DNA of 32,488 nucleotides from Fonticula alba ATCC 38817 (GCA_000388065.2 KB932207.1), one strand, 5' to 3'. Positions 9,373 through 20,280 are shown, numbered from the stretch's first letter. Notes: generated by a model not told the origin, from the sequence alone. A program made the numbers and translations.

Positions 9373-11618
9373 TGCCCGCGCCACATCCTCCGGCGGCACC
9401 CAGATACGCTGGCCTCCGCTTGCTAACGCCCTCCGCCTGTTCAGTCTGTCTACTCTGTCGGACGCGCACTATGTCCCATGCGGGCACTACTTCTGCAAGT
9501 CCCCCTGTCTGGAGCGGGCGGTCATTGCCCGGAAGGAGTGCTCCATCTGTCGGACGTCGGCTTCGGCCCGGGCGGCGCGGCCTGCCCCGACCGTGGTCGA
9601 TGTGGTGGCCTCCCTGGAGCGGATGCAGGCCATCTTCGAAGACAGCCGGTCCGAATGTGCGCCAACGCCCTGCCGGCACACCATGCTTTCCTGGGGGCCG
9701 GGCGTCCTGTGTCTGACCCTCGAAACTCCCCCTCCCCCCGGCCGGACATGTAGGCCTGTCGCAGACGGCCGAGGTGTATCACCGAATGATGCGCCTGGAG
9801 CCGGAGAATCCCCAGCTCCCCGCGGGGCCCGGCCGAGCTGCGCCGATGGACCTCACGACGCTCTTCCGATCTTGGGGGCCGGGCGTCCTGTGTCTGACCC
9901 TCGAAACTCCCCCTCCCCCCGGCCGGACATGTAGGCCTGTCGCAGACGGCCGAGGTGTATCACCGAATGATGCGCCTGGAGCCGGAGAATCCCCAGCTCC
10001 CCGCGGGGCCCGGCCGAGCTGCGCCGATGGACCTGCTGTCGCGCCTGCGCGAGGGCCTGCGCGAGATGAAGGCCGCCAAGCGGCCGCCGTCCACCGACGA
10101 GCCGGAGGGGGCCACATGCGCCGAGCCGCCAGCCAAGGTGCCGCGGCCCGAGCCGCTGCGGCCCCTTGCGCGTGAGACTGATGACGAGCCCCCGGCCCGG
10201 GCCGGGCCCGAGGTGGATCTCTCCTCGACGGTGATCGTGGCCCCCGGCCGGCGGGCTGTGTCCCGGCAAACCGGCGACCCTGCTCGGGAGGCCGGGGACG
10301 AGTCGGCCACGCTGCCGACGGAGGAGGTCCCGGCGCCGGCACTGCTGTCTCCGGTGTCCACCGGCAGCACGGCCACGCTGGCTCTCGAGGATGGGCTCCC
10401 CTCTGGCGACTCGGAGCCCCTCTTCCGGCTGGGTCCCCTGGTGGAGCCGCCCGCCGAGCAGGAGGCCCTGGCGCCCGCCGCCATGGGCACCCTGCATCCG
10501 GGCCTGAGTTTGGAAAGCGAGTCGGCCATCTCCTCGGGCGGGGACCTGTTCGCGTCGCTGCTGGGCAATCCCTTTGCCGGGGGGCCGGGCGTGAGTCCGG
10601 ACAGTCGGCCGGGGAGCCTCTCCTCGGATGCGCTGTTTGGGTGCTTGCCGTCGCGGGCCCCGGCCGCCCGGGGCTGGCACCCGGTGTCCAGCCAAGCGGA
10701 CACCGTGGCCATGGACATGGATCCCGGGGTGGGCGAGCTCCCGGCGGCCGGGTGCCCGCCTGGGGGAAGTACCACGGCGGCCGGCAGTCCGCGCAGTTCC
10801 TTCGATGCCACACCGCGGGTGTACCACGACCACCATGGCGCCGCCGAGGGGGCGGGCATCTCGGCGACGGGGGGCCTGCTGCCGGAGCTGCTCCCCTCGC
10901 TGGCCCTGCTGCCGCATGACATTTCCCTTTGTGACATTGACCAGCTGCTGCGCGATGCGGAGGATCAGCTTGGCGGGCCTGGCAGATCGGAAGAGCACAC
11001 GGCATCTCGGCGACGGGGGGCCTGCTGCCGGAGCTGCTCCCCTCGCTGGCCCTGCTGCCGCATGACATTTCCCTTTGTGACATTGACCAGCTGCTGCGCG
11101 ATGCGGAGGATCAGCTTGGCGGGCCTGGCCGGGCTGGCGTGTCTCTCGCGGGGGCGGACGCGCTGGCCGGGCTCCAGCGCGGAGGCACGCCCCCCCACAG
11201 TGGCCCCATGTCGCTGACTCTCTGGGAGGATGACGCCACCTCGGGGCCGGCCTCCGGCGCTGAGGACAATGCCGGTGGTAGCCATGAGGACAATGATGAC
11301 AGCCTCCCGACCCTGCCGCTGTGTGATGGATTGGGGCTCGGCCCGACGCCGGTCGGGCGATCACCGGGCACCGGGCGAGGAGGTCGCGTCGCGCCGGGGG
11401 CATTTTCCCAGAACGACCCGGCGCTGGCGGCCCTGGGCCCGGCGCCCGGGGCGGGGGTCGTGGGGGTGGCCCCGTCCCCGCCGGGGCCCCCTCCGCCGGC
11501 GGTCCCCTTTGGCCACCCGGCTGGGCGTCTGACGCACTCGCTCTTTCAGGCCATCACGGCCATCGACCTGGAGCTGGGTCGCCTGCCGTCGGCGGACATC
11601 GACCCGCCGCACGGCTGA
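9183..11618 (+). CDS. RING (C3HC4) finger protein with BRCA1/BARD1-like flanking helices and a long acidic disordered tail; 616 aa after removing two assembly artefacts
   Basis: Exon 1 9183-9283, intron 9284-9444 (GCTAAC branch, TTCAG), exon 2 9445-9656, intron 9657-9753, then 9754-9853 + 10035-10983 + 11130-11618 once the duplicated/adapter blocks are removed. Total 1851 nt, in frame to TGA. Spliced RING: CVIC-x11-CGHYFCKSPC-x10-CSIC. Confidence 0.8.
9692..10034 (+). repeat. 162-bp direct duplication (9692-9853 and 9873-10034) separated by an Illumina adapter fragment; assembly artefact
   Basis: The two copies read identically. The spacer 9854-9872 is CACGACGCTCTTCCGATCT, the 3' end of the Illumina TruSeq universal/read-1 adapter. 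Confidence 0.95.
9854..9872 (+). other. Illumina adapter remnant CACGACGCTCTTCCGATCT
   Basis: 19/19 match to the 3' end of ACACTCTTTCCCTACACGACGCTCTTCCGATCT. Confidence 0.96.
10855..11129 (+). repeat. 129-bp direct duplication (10855-10983 and 11001-11129) separated by an Illumina adapter fragment; assembly artefact
   Basis: The two copies read identically. The spacer 10984-11000 is AGATCGGAAGAGCACAC, the TruSeq read-through adapter. Confidence 0.95.
10984..11000 (+). other. Illumina adapter remnant AGATCGGAAGAGCACAC
   Basis: Exact match to the start of AGATCGGAAGAGCACACGTCTGAACTCCAGTCAC. Confidence 0.96.
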
Positions 11619-11644
11619 GGGCGGCCCCGCCCAAAATACACACT

Positions 11645-11714
11645 GACACTCACACACCGACACTCACACACCGACACTCACACACCGACACTCACACACC
11701 GACACTCACACACA

Positions 11715-11760
<46 letters not shown>
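11645..11760. repeat. 14-bp minisatellite (GACACTCACACACC, ~5 copies) running into a (CA)n microsatellite
   Basis: Units start at 11645, 11659, 11673, 11687 and 11701, followed by (CA)n to ~11760. Confidence 0.9.
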
Positions 11761-11763
<3 letters not shown>

Positions 11764-12185
11764 TGATGGGTGGCGGGCATACACCCAGCGAGCGGATATT
11801 GTTGTGGGGTTACTCCGCGGTTATGGGGGGATTCTCCTTGCCTCTTCTGCATGGGCATCCCAAAAAAATAAAAGACGCGGTACAGGCAGCGTTCAAGATG
11901 GAACTGCTTTTGCCCAGGGAGGGCTGGGCAGTCTCGGGGAACACGGCCTCCTCTGGTTGACCGCGGCCCGCTGGTCATGTCTCGCCGGGTGGTGTGCTCG
12001 GGGCAGTGGGCGTGATGTTTTGCAGAATGTCATTCCAGCTATGCGTGCCACTATTCGTCTTGCCCTGGAAACGAGGCATACATTTGCCGGACCGTGACCC
12101 TGATCGTGCTGAATATGTGCCCCGGCGTTTGTGTGGCCAGGCCTGCCGCGGCTGCGCGCGCACAAGAGAAAGAGAGAGGGAGAGA

Positions 12186-12220
<35 letters not shown>

Positions 12221-14733
12221 CTTACATCCCGAGGAAGGGGGAAGGCCGTCATGCAGACGGGGGGCGGGGCACACACGCGACCGCGACGGCCTTCGATGGG
12301 GGGCTGGGCCTCGCGACCCGGGCCCCATAAACCTGGACCTGGACACGGCGGGTGCATGTCCGACGCGGGTCGGGGAGACAAATGGGGACGCTGTTGAACG
12401 TGGCCGGATGCCTTGGGACGCAGGGGGCAAAGGGAGGCAGGGCCGTCTACGCGCAGGGCTGTGCGCGTGTCTTGCAGATGTATTTTGAATATTAAAGGCC
12501 TCTTTCCTCGAGCGAACCAGTTCCAGTCCCCACCACCAGCCAGCCCTAGGGGGTATTTCTTAGAATAGGATCGCGTGCCCGTTCCATCCCTGCCTTCTGG
12601 GGGGGCGGGCGGGGCCCACGGTGGGTGGGCCGTTTGTGTGCCTTGTCCGGGATCCTTGCGCGGAATACCGGGCGCCCCTGGTGCCCATTGGAAGGGTTCA
12701 ACCCTGGGCCAGAGGCGGGAGGGTTCTTCTCTGCGTGGCTCTCCCCCCCCCTCGGCGCGCCCTTGCCCTCAGGTGCGTGTATTGTGTGCGCGGGCGAAGA
12801 ATGCCCCCGCCCCCCCCCCCTCGCCGCGTGTGTGATTTCCCTTGGTGTTGGCCCAGCCTCTCCCGGGAGGTGGGCAGAGGGGCCGGGCCGGGCGTGGGGC
12901 GGGGCCTGCATCCGGCGCCGGAGCACCAAGGCGGGGGGGGGGGGGCGGGGGTAGCCGAGGGCCGCGGCCTTGCAAGGCGCGGGGGAGGAGGGGGAAACAC
13001 AAGCTGCACGGTTGTGCCTCCTTCCGCCTGCGCCGCAGGTGTTGGGTGGTGCTGTGTTTCGCGGGTGGAGTTGTGCATTAGCTCCCCCCGCGCGCCCCGC
13101 GTTGTTCCCCTGAGCCCTCTCTCTTCGCGGGGCCGCACGGCCGTGCTTGCCCATTCGCCTGTCCCCCCGCCCCCCCCGGCGACCTTGCCCACGCGCATGT
13201 GGCCCCCCTCTCTCCCCTCATTCCTGCACCGGTCCCGCGGCCACTGCGGGCGCGTCCTCCGAGAATCCCCCCTCCTCGCCCGCCGCCCTCTCGGCAGCGT
13301 GCGCCCTCGGGGGGGTGCGTGCGGGGGCGGGTCGTCGTCCCCGACCCTGCACCTGCGGGTTGCTGGGGCTCCGACGATGCCCAGGCCGGCGGCATGTGCC
13401 GTTGGGGAAGGTGCAGGGTGCGCGAGAGGGTGCGCGGGTGGGGGAGGGGGGGGGGNNNNNNNNNNNNNNNNNNNNNNNNNNNNNNNNNNNNNNNNNNNNN
13501 NNNNNNNNNNNNNNNNNNNNNNNNNNNNNNNNNNNNNNNNNNNNNNNNNNNNNNNNNNNNNNNNNNNNNNNNNNNNNNNNNNNNNNNNNNNNNNNNNNNN
13601 NNNNNNNNNNNNNNNNNNNNNNNNNNNNNNNNNNNNNNNNCGCCCCCCTCCCCCCGGAGAGAGGGCTCGGGGGGAGGAGGGGGAGGAGGGGGGGGGGGGG
13701 CGGCCGGCGCAAACTTATGAGAAACGCTCTCGGCTTCTCCCCCCCTACGGGAGAGGCCTCGTCGATTTTGGTTGTTTCAAAGTAATAGCAAATCGTCAAT
13801 CGAGTATGTCTTTTCTTTTCTCCTCCCCCCTCTCTCCCTCCCTTCGCTCCCTCCCTTCGCTCCCTCCCCCCCCCCCGACGCTGGTGCCCTCGTGGCCCCT
13901 CTTCTCGCCAGCCGCCCCAGCGCGCGTACACCTGTACTCGTTGCCTTTCTGTTCTCCCTCCATCCCGAGCTCAATTGCGCGCGCGCGCGCGAGTTCTGAG
14001 TCTCGCAAGCACCCTCCCCCCTCCCAAAGCGCCCTTCGCCCCTGCGCCTGTGTGCCGCCCTGCGGGGCATCTCCATGCGCCTGTTCCCTCCCCTTTCCCT
14101 CCTGCTGGTCTCCGCGAGCGCGGCGCCCACGCGCCCCCCTCGGATTCTTCCCCTTGCTCCCTTCCCGAGCGCCCCCGATGTGCTGCCTGTACCTTCTGCC
14201 GCCGTTGTCTTCGTCTTGAGAGGGATGTCTTCTCGCCACATGGGGTTTCTTCTCCGTGTGTCTCTTCAGCGCCCTGGGCCGGGGCGGGGCGCATGCTTGC
14301 CGTGGTTCGCCCTCCCTACCGGGGCCAACTGCGCTGGATGCTCGTCCGCGGGTGCCCTCGCTCGACAATGCGCGCTTGCATCCTCCTCTTCCCCGTGTGA
14401 GCTTACGCCCCCTATGGGCATCCCATTCAAGACGACAGCACCGGCGGCCGGAGGGCAGGCCCGCCCTCGTTCGGGTTCCCTGGGCTCGCGCGTCCCCCCC
14501 CCCGGCCGCAAGGACCAAGGGGAGACAGCATCGCCCCCTTCTCCGAGGCAGGGTGGTCCCCCGGGGACGCGCGAGCCAGCGGGGTCCACCGACGCACCCC
14601 CATCCAATGTCTCGCCCGTCGCGGGCTCCTCTCCTCCTCGGGGCGCCCCCCATTGCCCTGTGTCACCCTCTCGCCAGCGCCGCTAACTCCCCCTCCTCCT
14701 CCTCCCCCGTACCTCCGCCCCCCCAGAATCAAA

Positions 14734-15297
14734 ATGGCTCACGATACTCTCTACAACTCCCGCCCCCGCAGCTACGGTAAGGGCTCCCGTGAGTGGTGCG
14801 TGTCCCTTCCCCTCTTCCATTCTCCCTCTTTCCTGCTTTAATGCAGCGGCGGGGCGCGCCCTTCACCTCGGCTCCTCCCTCCTCCTCGGGGCCTGGTTTG
14901 CTTCTCCCGCCCATTGCACCTCGTCCTCCCCCGCTCACTGCTGTGTTGTCTTCTCCTCCTTCAGCCGCTCCTGCTCCAGCCGCGGCGGTCTCATCCGCAA
15001 GTACGGCCTGAACCTTTGCCGTCAGTGCTTCCGCGAGTTCGCCACCGACATCGGCTTCCACAAGGTGCGCCCGCTTTCCCTTCCTCTTCCTCCTCTCGGA
15101 GGAGCGATTCGCGCCCCCTGTCCCCCGCCTTTCCCCCTCTCGGGGGGGGGCGTGTCGGGGCCGTGGCCTCTTTTTTGCGCTTCTCCTTTCCACCTTGATC
15201 GCCGGGGCTCTCTCCTCTCTCTCTGCGTCCCTTCCGCGCCCCTTCTTCTGACCCCCTCTCTCTCGTCTCTCTTTCCTCTCCCCCGCAGTTCCGCTAA
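14734..15297 (+). CDS. RPS29: 40S ribosomal protein S29 (uS14), 3 exons, 56 aa
   Basis: Exons 14734-14795, 14965-15064, 15289-15297 (171 nt) give [56 protein letters not shown]. Has the CxxC..CRQC zinc motif and the length of eukaryotic S29. Introns are canonical GT-AG. Confidence 0.97.
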
Positions 15298-18200
15298 TGG
15301 TTTCCTGTGAGCCGGAGGTGTAACCGGGCCCCCCTCTTTCTTTCTCTCTCTCTCCCCTGCCGGAGAAAGAGGAGGGGGCTTTCTATAGGGGGGACAACCG
15401 CTCTGCCTCCCCCCCTCTCCCCTCTCGGGCTGGACTGTGCGTCTCTCCCCTTCTCCCTCCAATATACACAAGTAGCACCCCCTCTCTTCCCCCTGTGTGG
15501 TGGTGCGCGCGCGCGCGCGCTCGTGGGGGCATCTGCGCAGCGTCGTGGACGCGCGCCCTCTGGCGCGCCATGTTGGCTTCCTCCTCCTCCCCCTTCTCTC
15601 TGTCCCTCCGCGCGTGCATGTGTAAAATAAGCACCTGCGTGTGTCTGTGTGTGCATCTGTCTCTCTATGCGCCTCGCGGGGGTATATTCAACGGTCGGGG
15701 GGAGAGGAGAGGCGGGGGGGGGGGGGGGGGGGGGGCGGGGACGCGGTCGAGGACCGGGCGGGGGGATCGCGCGGCGTTTCGCCGCTTCCCGGCTTTCTCC
15801 CGCCCCTGCCCTCGCCCCTTTCTTCCCCCTCCCCCCCTCTCTCCTCCCAGGCCGGTGGTGTGTCTCGCCATGCGTTCTCTCCCTCCACGCGAGGGGGCTG
15901 TCATGTGCGCGCATCCTGCGCTTGTGGACACCTTCTCGGGCGCCGGCACACGCGGGGGCACTCTGCGCTGCTGGGTGTGCCCGCGCACTCGGGCTGGGAG
16001 ATGCCCTGCGCTGTGCAGCTGGCCCTCTGCCGCACGCCCGCCTGCCTTCTTGTCCTGTGTGCAATATACAGCCGCATCCCCCTCCCCTCCCTCGCTTCTT
16101 TCCTTTTTTCCGCGAGGCGCTGCTGCGTCTTCCAAAGGGGCAGCGGGCGGCCGAGGATACCCGGCGCGCATAACATGTCCTCCAACTCCGACCGCGACCC
16201 AGCAGAGAGCCTCCGCACTGCCGCGCATGTGGCCGGCGCAGGCAGCCCCTGACGCCCTTTGGCCGGGAGTGCCGGAGGCGGAGGCGACAGGGGAAAAGAT
16301 CGGCCGCATGGCCGCGCATCGTCCGGCACACGGGATGCTGGTGGGGCGTCGCCGCTGTGTCCGCTTCCCCCCCCCCCCGGCCCGGCCCGGAAAAGTACCT
16401 TCCAGCCGAGTGGGAATGACATGGCCGGCGGAGGGGGAGACGCGCGCACCGCGCCACACACCCACACGCCTCCGCGCTGTGGTCCCTCATTGTGGGATAC
16501 CCGGCGTCCGGTCGAAGGGAGGCGGCTCTTCCTGAGGCCGTTTCCGGGGACGCCGCGATAGGCCAAGCTGCCGGACACACGCACGCAGGGGACAGGGGTC
16601 GGCACAGCCAGGCGAGGCCCCGTCGAGGTCGCGTGGCGGGCGGGCTGCCCCTAGCAGAGGCTGGCCGGGGAGCATCCGGGCGGCGCGCGGCCCACATCCG
16701 CAATGGCGTTCCGTTCCGAGCAGCATGCTGCCGCCTCGCATTCTGGGCGCTCCCGAAGTCCTGTGTTGGGGTTCTTTTTCCAGAACGCCTGAGTCACATC
16801 CCGAAAGACTCGCGCACGCCCAGGAGGGGGCTCCCCCTCGCCTGGGCGGTTGCCGCACGCACGTATGCAGTCGCATTCACCCTGTCCCCGGTCCCGGGGC
16901 CGGCGGCCCATAGGGGAGCACCCCCCCCCCCCCCCCCCCCACACGCAGGGGGAGCGTTCTAGAGTCGACTGTGGGCGGCGGCGCCGCCCCCCCCCGGATC
17001 CGGCTGGCTCGCGTTGGCCGGGGGCGTCCGGGGGCTGGGGCTAGGCAGGTGCCGGGCCAAGTGCGCGGGGCGGCGGGGCGGCGTCAGGCGCCGGGAGGCA
17101 GGACCCGGGGGCTGCCGGGGCCACGGCGGGCATACGTGTGCCGCCCGATGCGGGCCGTTTTTTCTGACATGACCGAATACTGCGCGCAGCCCCCCCCCCC
17201 CCCCCCCCCCCCCCCCCCNNNNNNNNNNNNNNNNNNNNNNNNNNNNNNNNNNNNNNNNNNNNNNNNNNNNNNNNNNNNNNNNNNNNNNNNNNNNNNNNNN
17301 NNNNNNNNNNNNNNNNNNNNNNNNNNNNNNNNNNNNNNNNNNNNNNNNNNNNNNNNNNNNNNNNNNNNNNNNNNNNNNNNNNNNNNNNNNNNNNNNNNNN
17401 NNNNNNNNNNNNNNNNNNNNNNNNNNNNNNNNNNNNNNNNNNNNNNNNNNNNNNNNNNNNNNNNNNNNNNNNNNNNNNNNNNNNNNNNNNNNNNNNNNNN
17501 NNNNNNNNNNNNNNNNNNNNNNNNNNNNNNNNNGCCGCGCCTGCTCCTGTACAGGCGGCCGGGCCAGCGCGGCACCCGCCTCCGCGTGTTGGCTGTGACG
17601 CAGCCATGCGGGGCGGCTGGCCGCGCCGCTCTGGCCTCCCTCGGCTGGGGGTGGCAACCCCGGCTGACCGCCAGGCGGCAGGGGGGGTGCGCATGTGCGG
17701 TGTCCTGCGCCGTTCGGCCACACGGACGCCACTCTGTGCCGTGGTGCTCTGTCGGGGCCTGCGCGCGTGGTGGTCGGGCCGGCCCTCGCACCCTCGCTCT
17801 CTCGGTCCCCCCGGCCCGGGTCCCAATTCCGGGGACCGTTTTCGTGTGCCGTTCGCCGCGCGGGCTCTCTCTGGAGCTCTGTTTGCGCCCGGCCGCGGGC
17901 CACTCTAGATCGACCCCCTCTGGAGATGTCAGATGCCCTTCGGAACACTGGTGCCATGCTGCGGCGGCCGGGGCGGAGGCTGTGGTGGCGGCGGCGGCGG
18001 CGGCGGGGGGGGGGGGGGGGCTCCAGGGCCCGATGCGCGAGCGCGCGCGCGCGCGCGCGGGGTCTCCCCCTGTGGGCCGACGCCGCCGAACGGCGAGTCT
18101 CTTAATTTCGGACCACCGGCCCCGGCCTGCCCGCCAACGGGCGAGGGCCATGCAGGCGGCGCAGGCGGGGCCATGCCAGCCGCCCGTGTCGGCCTGGCGG

Positions 18201-18757
18201 TTTTTGCCAGGACGCCCCCCCGTTGCCGCGCGTGCGGTCATTTCCCCGAACACCGGCTGTTCCCGCCGGTAGGGTGCCACACACACCAAGGGGTCCCCGC
18301 CCCTCCCCCCTGGCGGTCTGCATCCCGGCCGAACAGTCGAGGCGAAGTGAGGCATCGAGCGGCGGAGGGCGCATATGGGGACTGGCCTTGCCTCGGTCGA
18401 TCCCACTTGGTCAATGCGTCCGCGGGCTGCGGGTATGCCCCCGTCTCCCGTCGGCGCCCCCTGCTGCGCCCCGCGGGCGCGCCCGGCCCTTCCCAGCATC
18501 GCCCCGCCCCAGCGAGGCCCTTGGCGGGACTTAGGTTCCGTCGGGGGCCGGGCAGACACCGGCGAGTGGGCGGGCGAAAGCGGGGCTGGGGCGACGGCGC
18601 GCGCACAAGAGAACACACCGCCCGGCCACCGTGGGCCTGGCCGCCGGGGCCTTTTCTTGTGCTGGGTGGTCTCCCCGGGGAGGGCGCATGCTGGACGAGT
18701 GTTCCCGCCCGGGCCCCTGGCCTGGGGATTCCAGCAATTCCGCCCGGCGCCCTGTGC

Positions 18758-18790
<33 letters not shown>

Positions 18791-19132
18791 CTTGGGTGCC
18801 GCCCGAGCGGAGCCCCGCCGCCCAGCCGCCAACCCCGGGGCGGCCCCCCACCACTTTCTGTCTGTCTCTCTCCCTCTCTCCCTCTCTCTCTCTCTCTCAC
18901 TCTCTTTCCAGGCGCCCCTGAGAGAGAGGGGGCGCCGAGCGGGGAACAGCCGAAACAGCAACGGGCCTGGGCCAGGCTGGACGGGGTGAAAAAAAGGCTC
19001 GATCGCCAACCACGCCTCCCGCCTCCCCTCACCCTCCCCTCACCCTCCACTCACATCACACCCACCCCACCCCCGCGCCTCTCACACCTACCCAGCCGCC
19101 CACCCTCCTTTTCCCCACCCCTTCCCCACCGT

Positions 19133-19339
19133 GTATGTCTTCCCCCCCCTCTCTCTTTCCTCCACTGTCTCTGGCCCGCCCGCCCCCCCCCCCCCTCCCC
19201 CCTCTTCGCCCTCCACCCCTTGTCCCCTCCCCCGGGGGGCGCGCCCTCAAGCGAGGGATCTCCCTCTCGCCCCTGCCCTTCCTCCCTTCGCTCTCGGGGC
19301 TCACGCTAACATCGCCCCCCCCCCCTCCCCCTTTGACAG
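19133..19339 (+). other. Probable 5'-UTR intron of the CK2-beta gene
   Basis: GTATGT donor at 19133, C-rich body, GCTAAC branch ~19306, TTTGACAG acceptor ending 19339, 22 nt before the ATG. Confidence 0.55.
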
Positions 19340-19361
19340 AACCATTTCTCGATTTCCCAAC

Positions 19362-20280
19362 ATGAACAACACCACTTGGGCTGACTGCGACAGCGAGGGG
19401 GACAGCGAGGGCGCCTCCAACGTCCGCTGGATTAGCCGCTTCCTCAACAAGCCCGAGAACGAGTTCCTTTGCGAGGTGGACTTCGACTTCATCAATGATC
19501 GTTTCAACCTGACCGGTCTGCACCACGAGGTGCAGAACTACCGCCAGGCGTATGAGGTCCTGCTGGACTCGCCCCTCTCGACCAACCTCTCGCACGACCT
19601 CTATCAAAGCATCGACATCTTTGCCGCGCATCTTTACGGCCTGATCCATGCCCGTTTCATCCTGACCTACCGCGGCATGCAGAAGATGGTGCGTCTCCCC
19701 GGTCGCCGGTCCGGCCGCGCACCCCCCCCCCCCCCCACTCGTCCCTGTGCCTGGCCGAGCCCGGCGCGGCGCTTTCCCTCCCCCTCTGACCATCCCGTCC
19801 CCCTCCCCCCCCCCTCCGCGCGATCCACAGCTCCAGATGTACCAGGAGGGCCGCTTCGGCACCTGCCCGCGCATCCTTTGCGAGAAGGAGCGCGTCCTGC
19901 CGATCGGCATCTCGGACCTGCCGAATGCCTACCCCGTCCGGGTGTTCTGCCCCCGCTGTGTGGACATTTACCAGCCGAGCCATGAGAATTTCTCCTCCCT
20001 CGACGGTGCCTACTTCGGCTCGACCTTCCCCCACCTGCTGAACCAGCTGATGCCCACCCTGCTGTCCCGCAGCTCCGCCCCTTCAGACACCATTTACCTG
20101 CCGCGCATCTTCGGCTTCCGCCTCTACAAGCCGGAGCGCACCTACCCCAGCCTTCGTCGGCTGATGTCCCCGAACCCGCACCTCCTGCCGCCCAACGAGC
20201 AGGCGCTCGGCGCCGGTGGTCAGACGGCCGACTCGACCGCCACCGGGTCACAGCAGCAGGCCGGCGAGGCCAAGCAGTAG
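19362..20280 (+). CDS. CSNK2B: Casein kinase II regulatory subunit beta (divergent), 2 coding exons, 258 aa
   Basis: Exons 19362-19688 and 19831-20280. Motifs: NEFLCEVDFDFINDRFNLTGL, LYGLIHARFILT, zinc ribbon C-x4-C-x22-C-x2-C (CPRILC...FCPRC), DGAYFGSTFPHLL, PRIFGFRLY. Confidence 0.93.

Noticed and set aside
9692-11129. Short insertions flanked by long direct repeats, resembling a novel mobile element or programmed duplication
   Set aside because: Both inserts are exact Illumina adapter fragments, and removing them restores the reading frame, so they are technical artefacts.
9774-11403. Long minus-strand and alternate-frame ORFs over the RING gene (also 31275-32300 over the kinesin)
   Set aside because: Shadow ORFs expected at this GC content; no recognisable motifs, and the plus-strand frames are well supported.
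11645-11713. 14-bp tandem repeat considered as a CRISPR-like or telomeric array
   Set aside because: No spacers, units are contiguous and decay into (CA)n, and the context is eukaryotic and interstitial; an ordinary minisatellite.
11763-12097. Small ORFs downstream of the RING gene as possible BRCT-coding exons
   Set aside because: No BRCT hallmarks (THV/I, RT.K, G.WI...W) in any listed frame.
12650-12712. GGGTTCAACCC resembling a tRNA T-arm
   Set aside because: No compatible acceptor stem, D-arm or anticodon arm at the right spacing.
16957-16968. TCTAGAGTCGAC (XbaI-SalI, as in the pUC polylinker)
   Set aside because: 12-nt match only, and the flanks do not continue the vector sequence.
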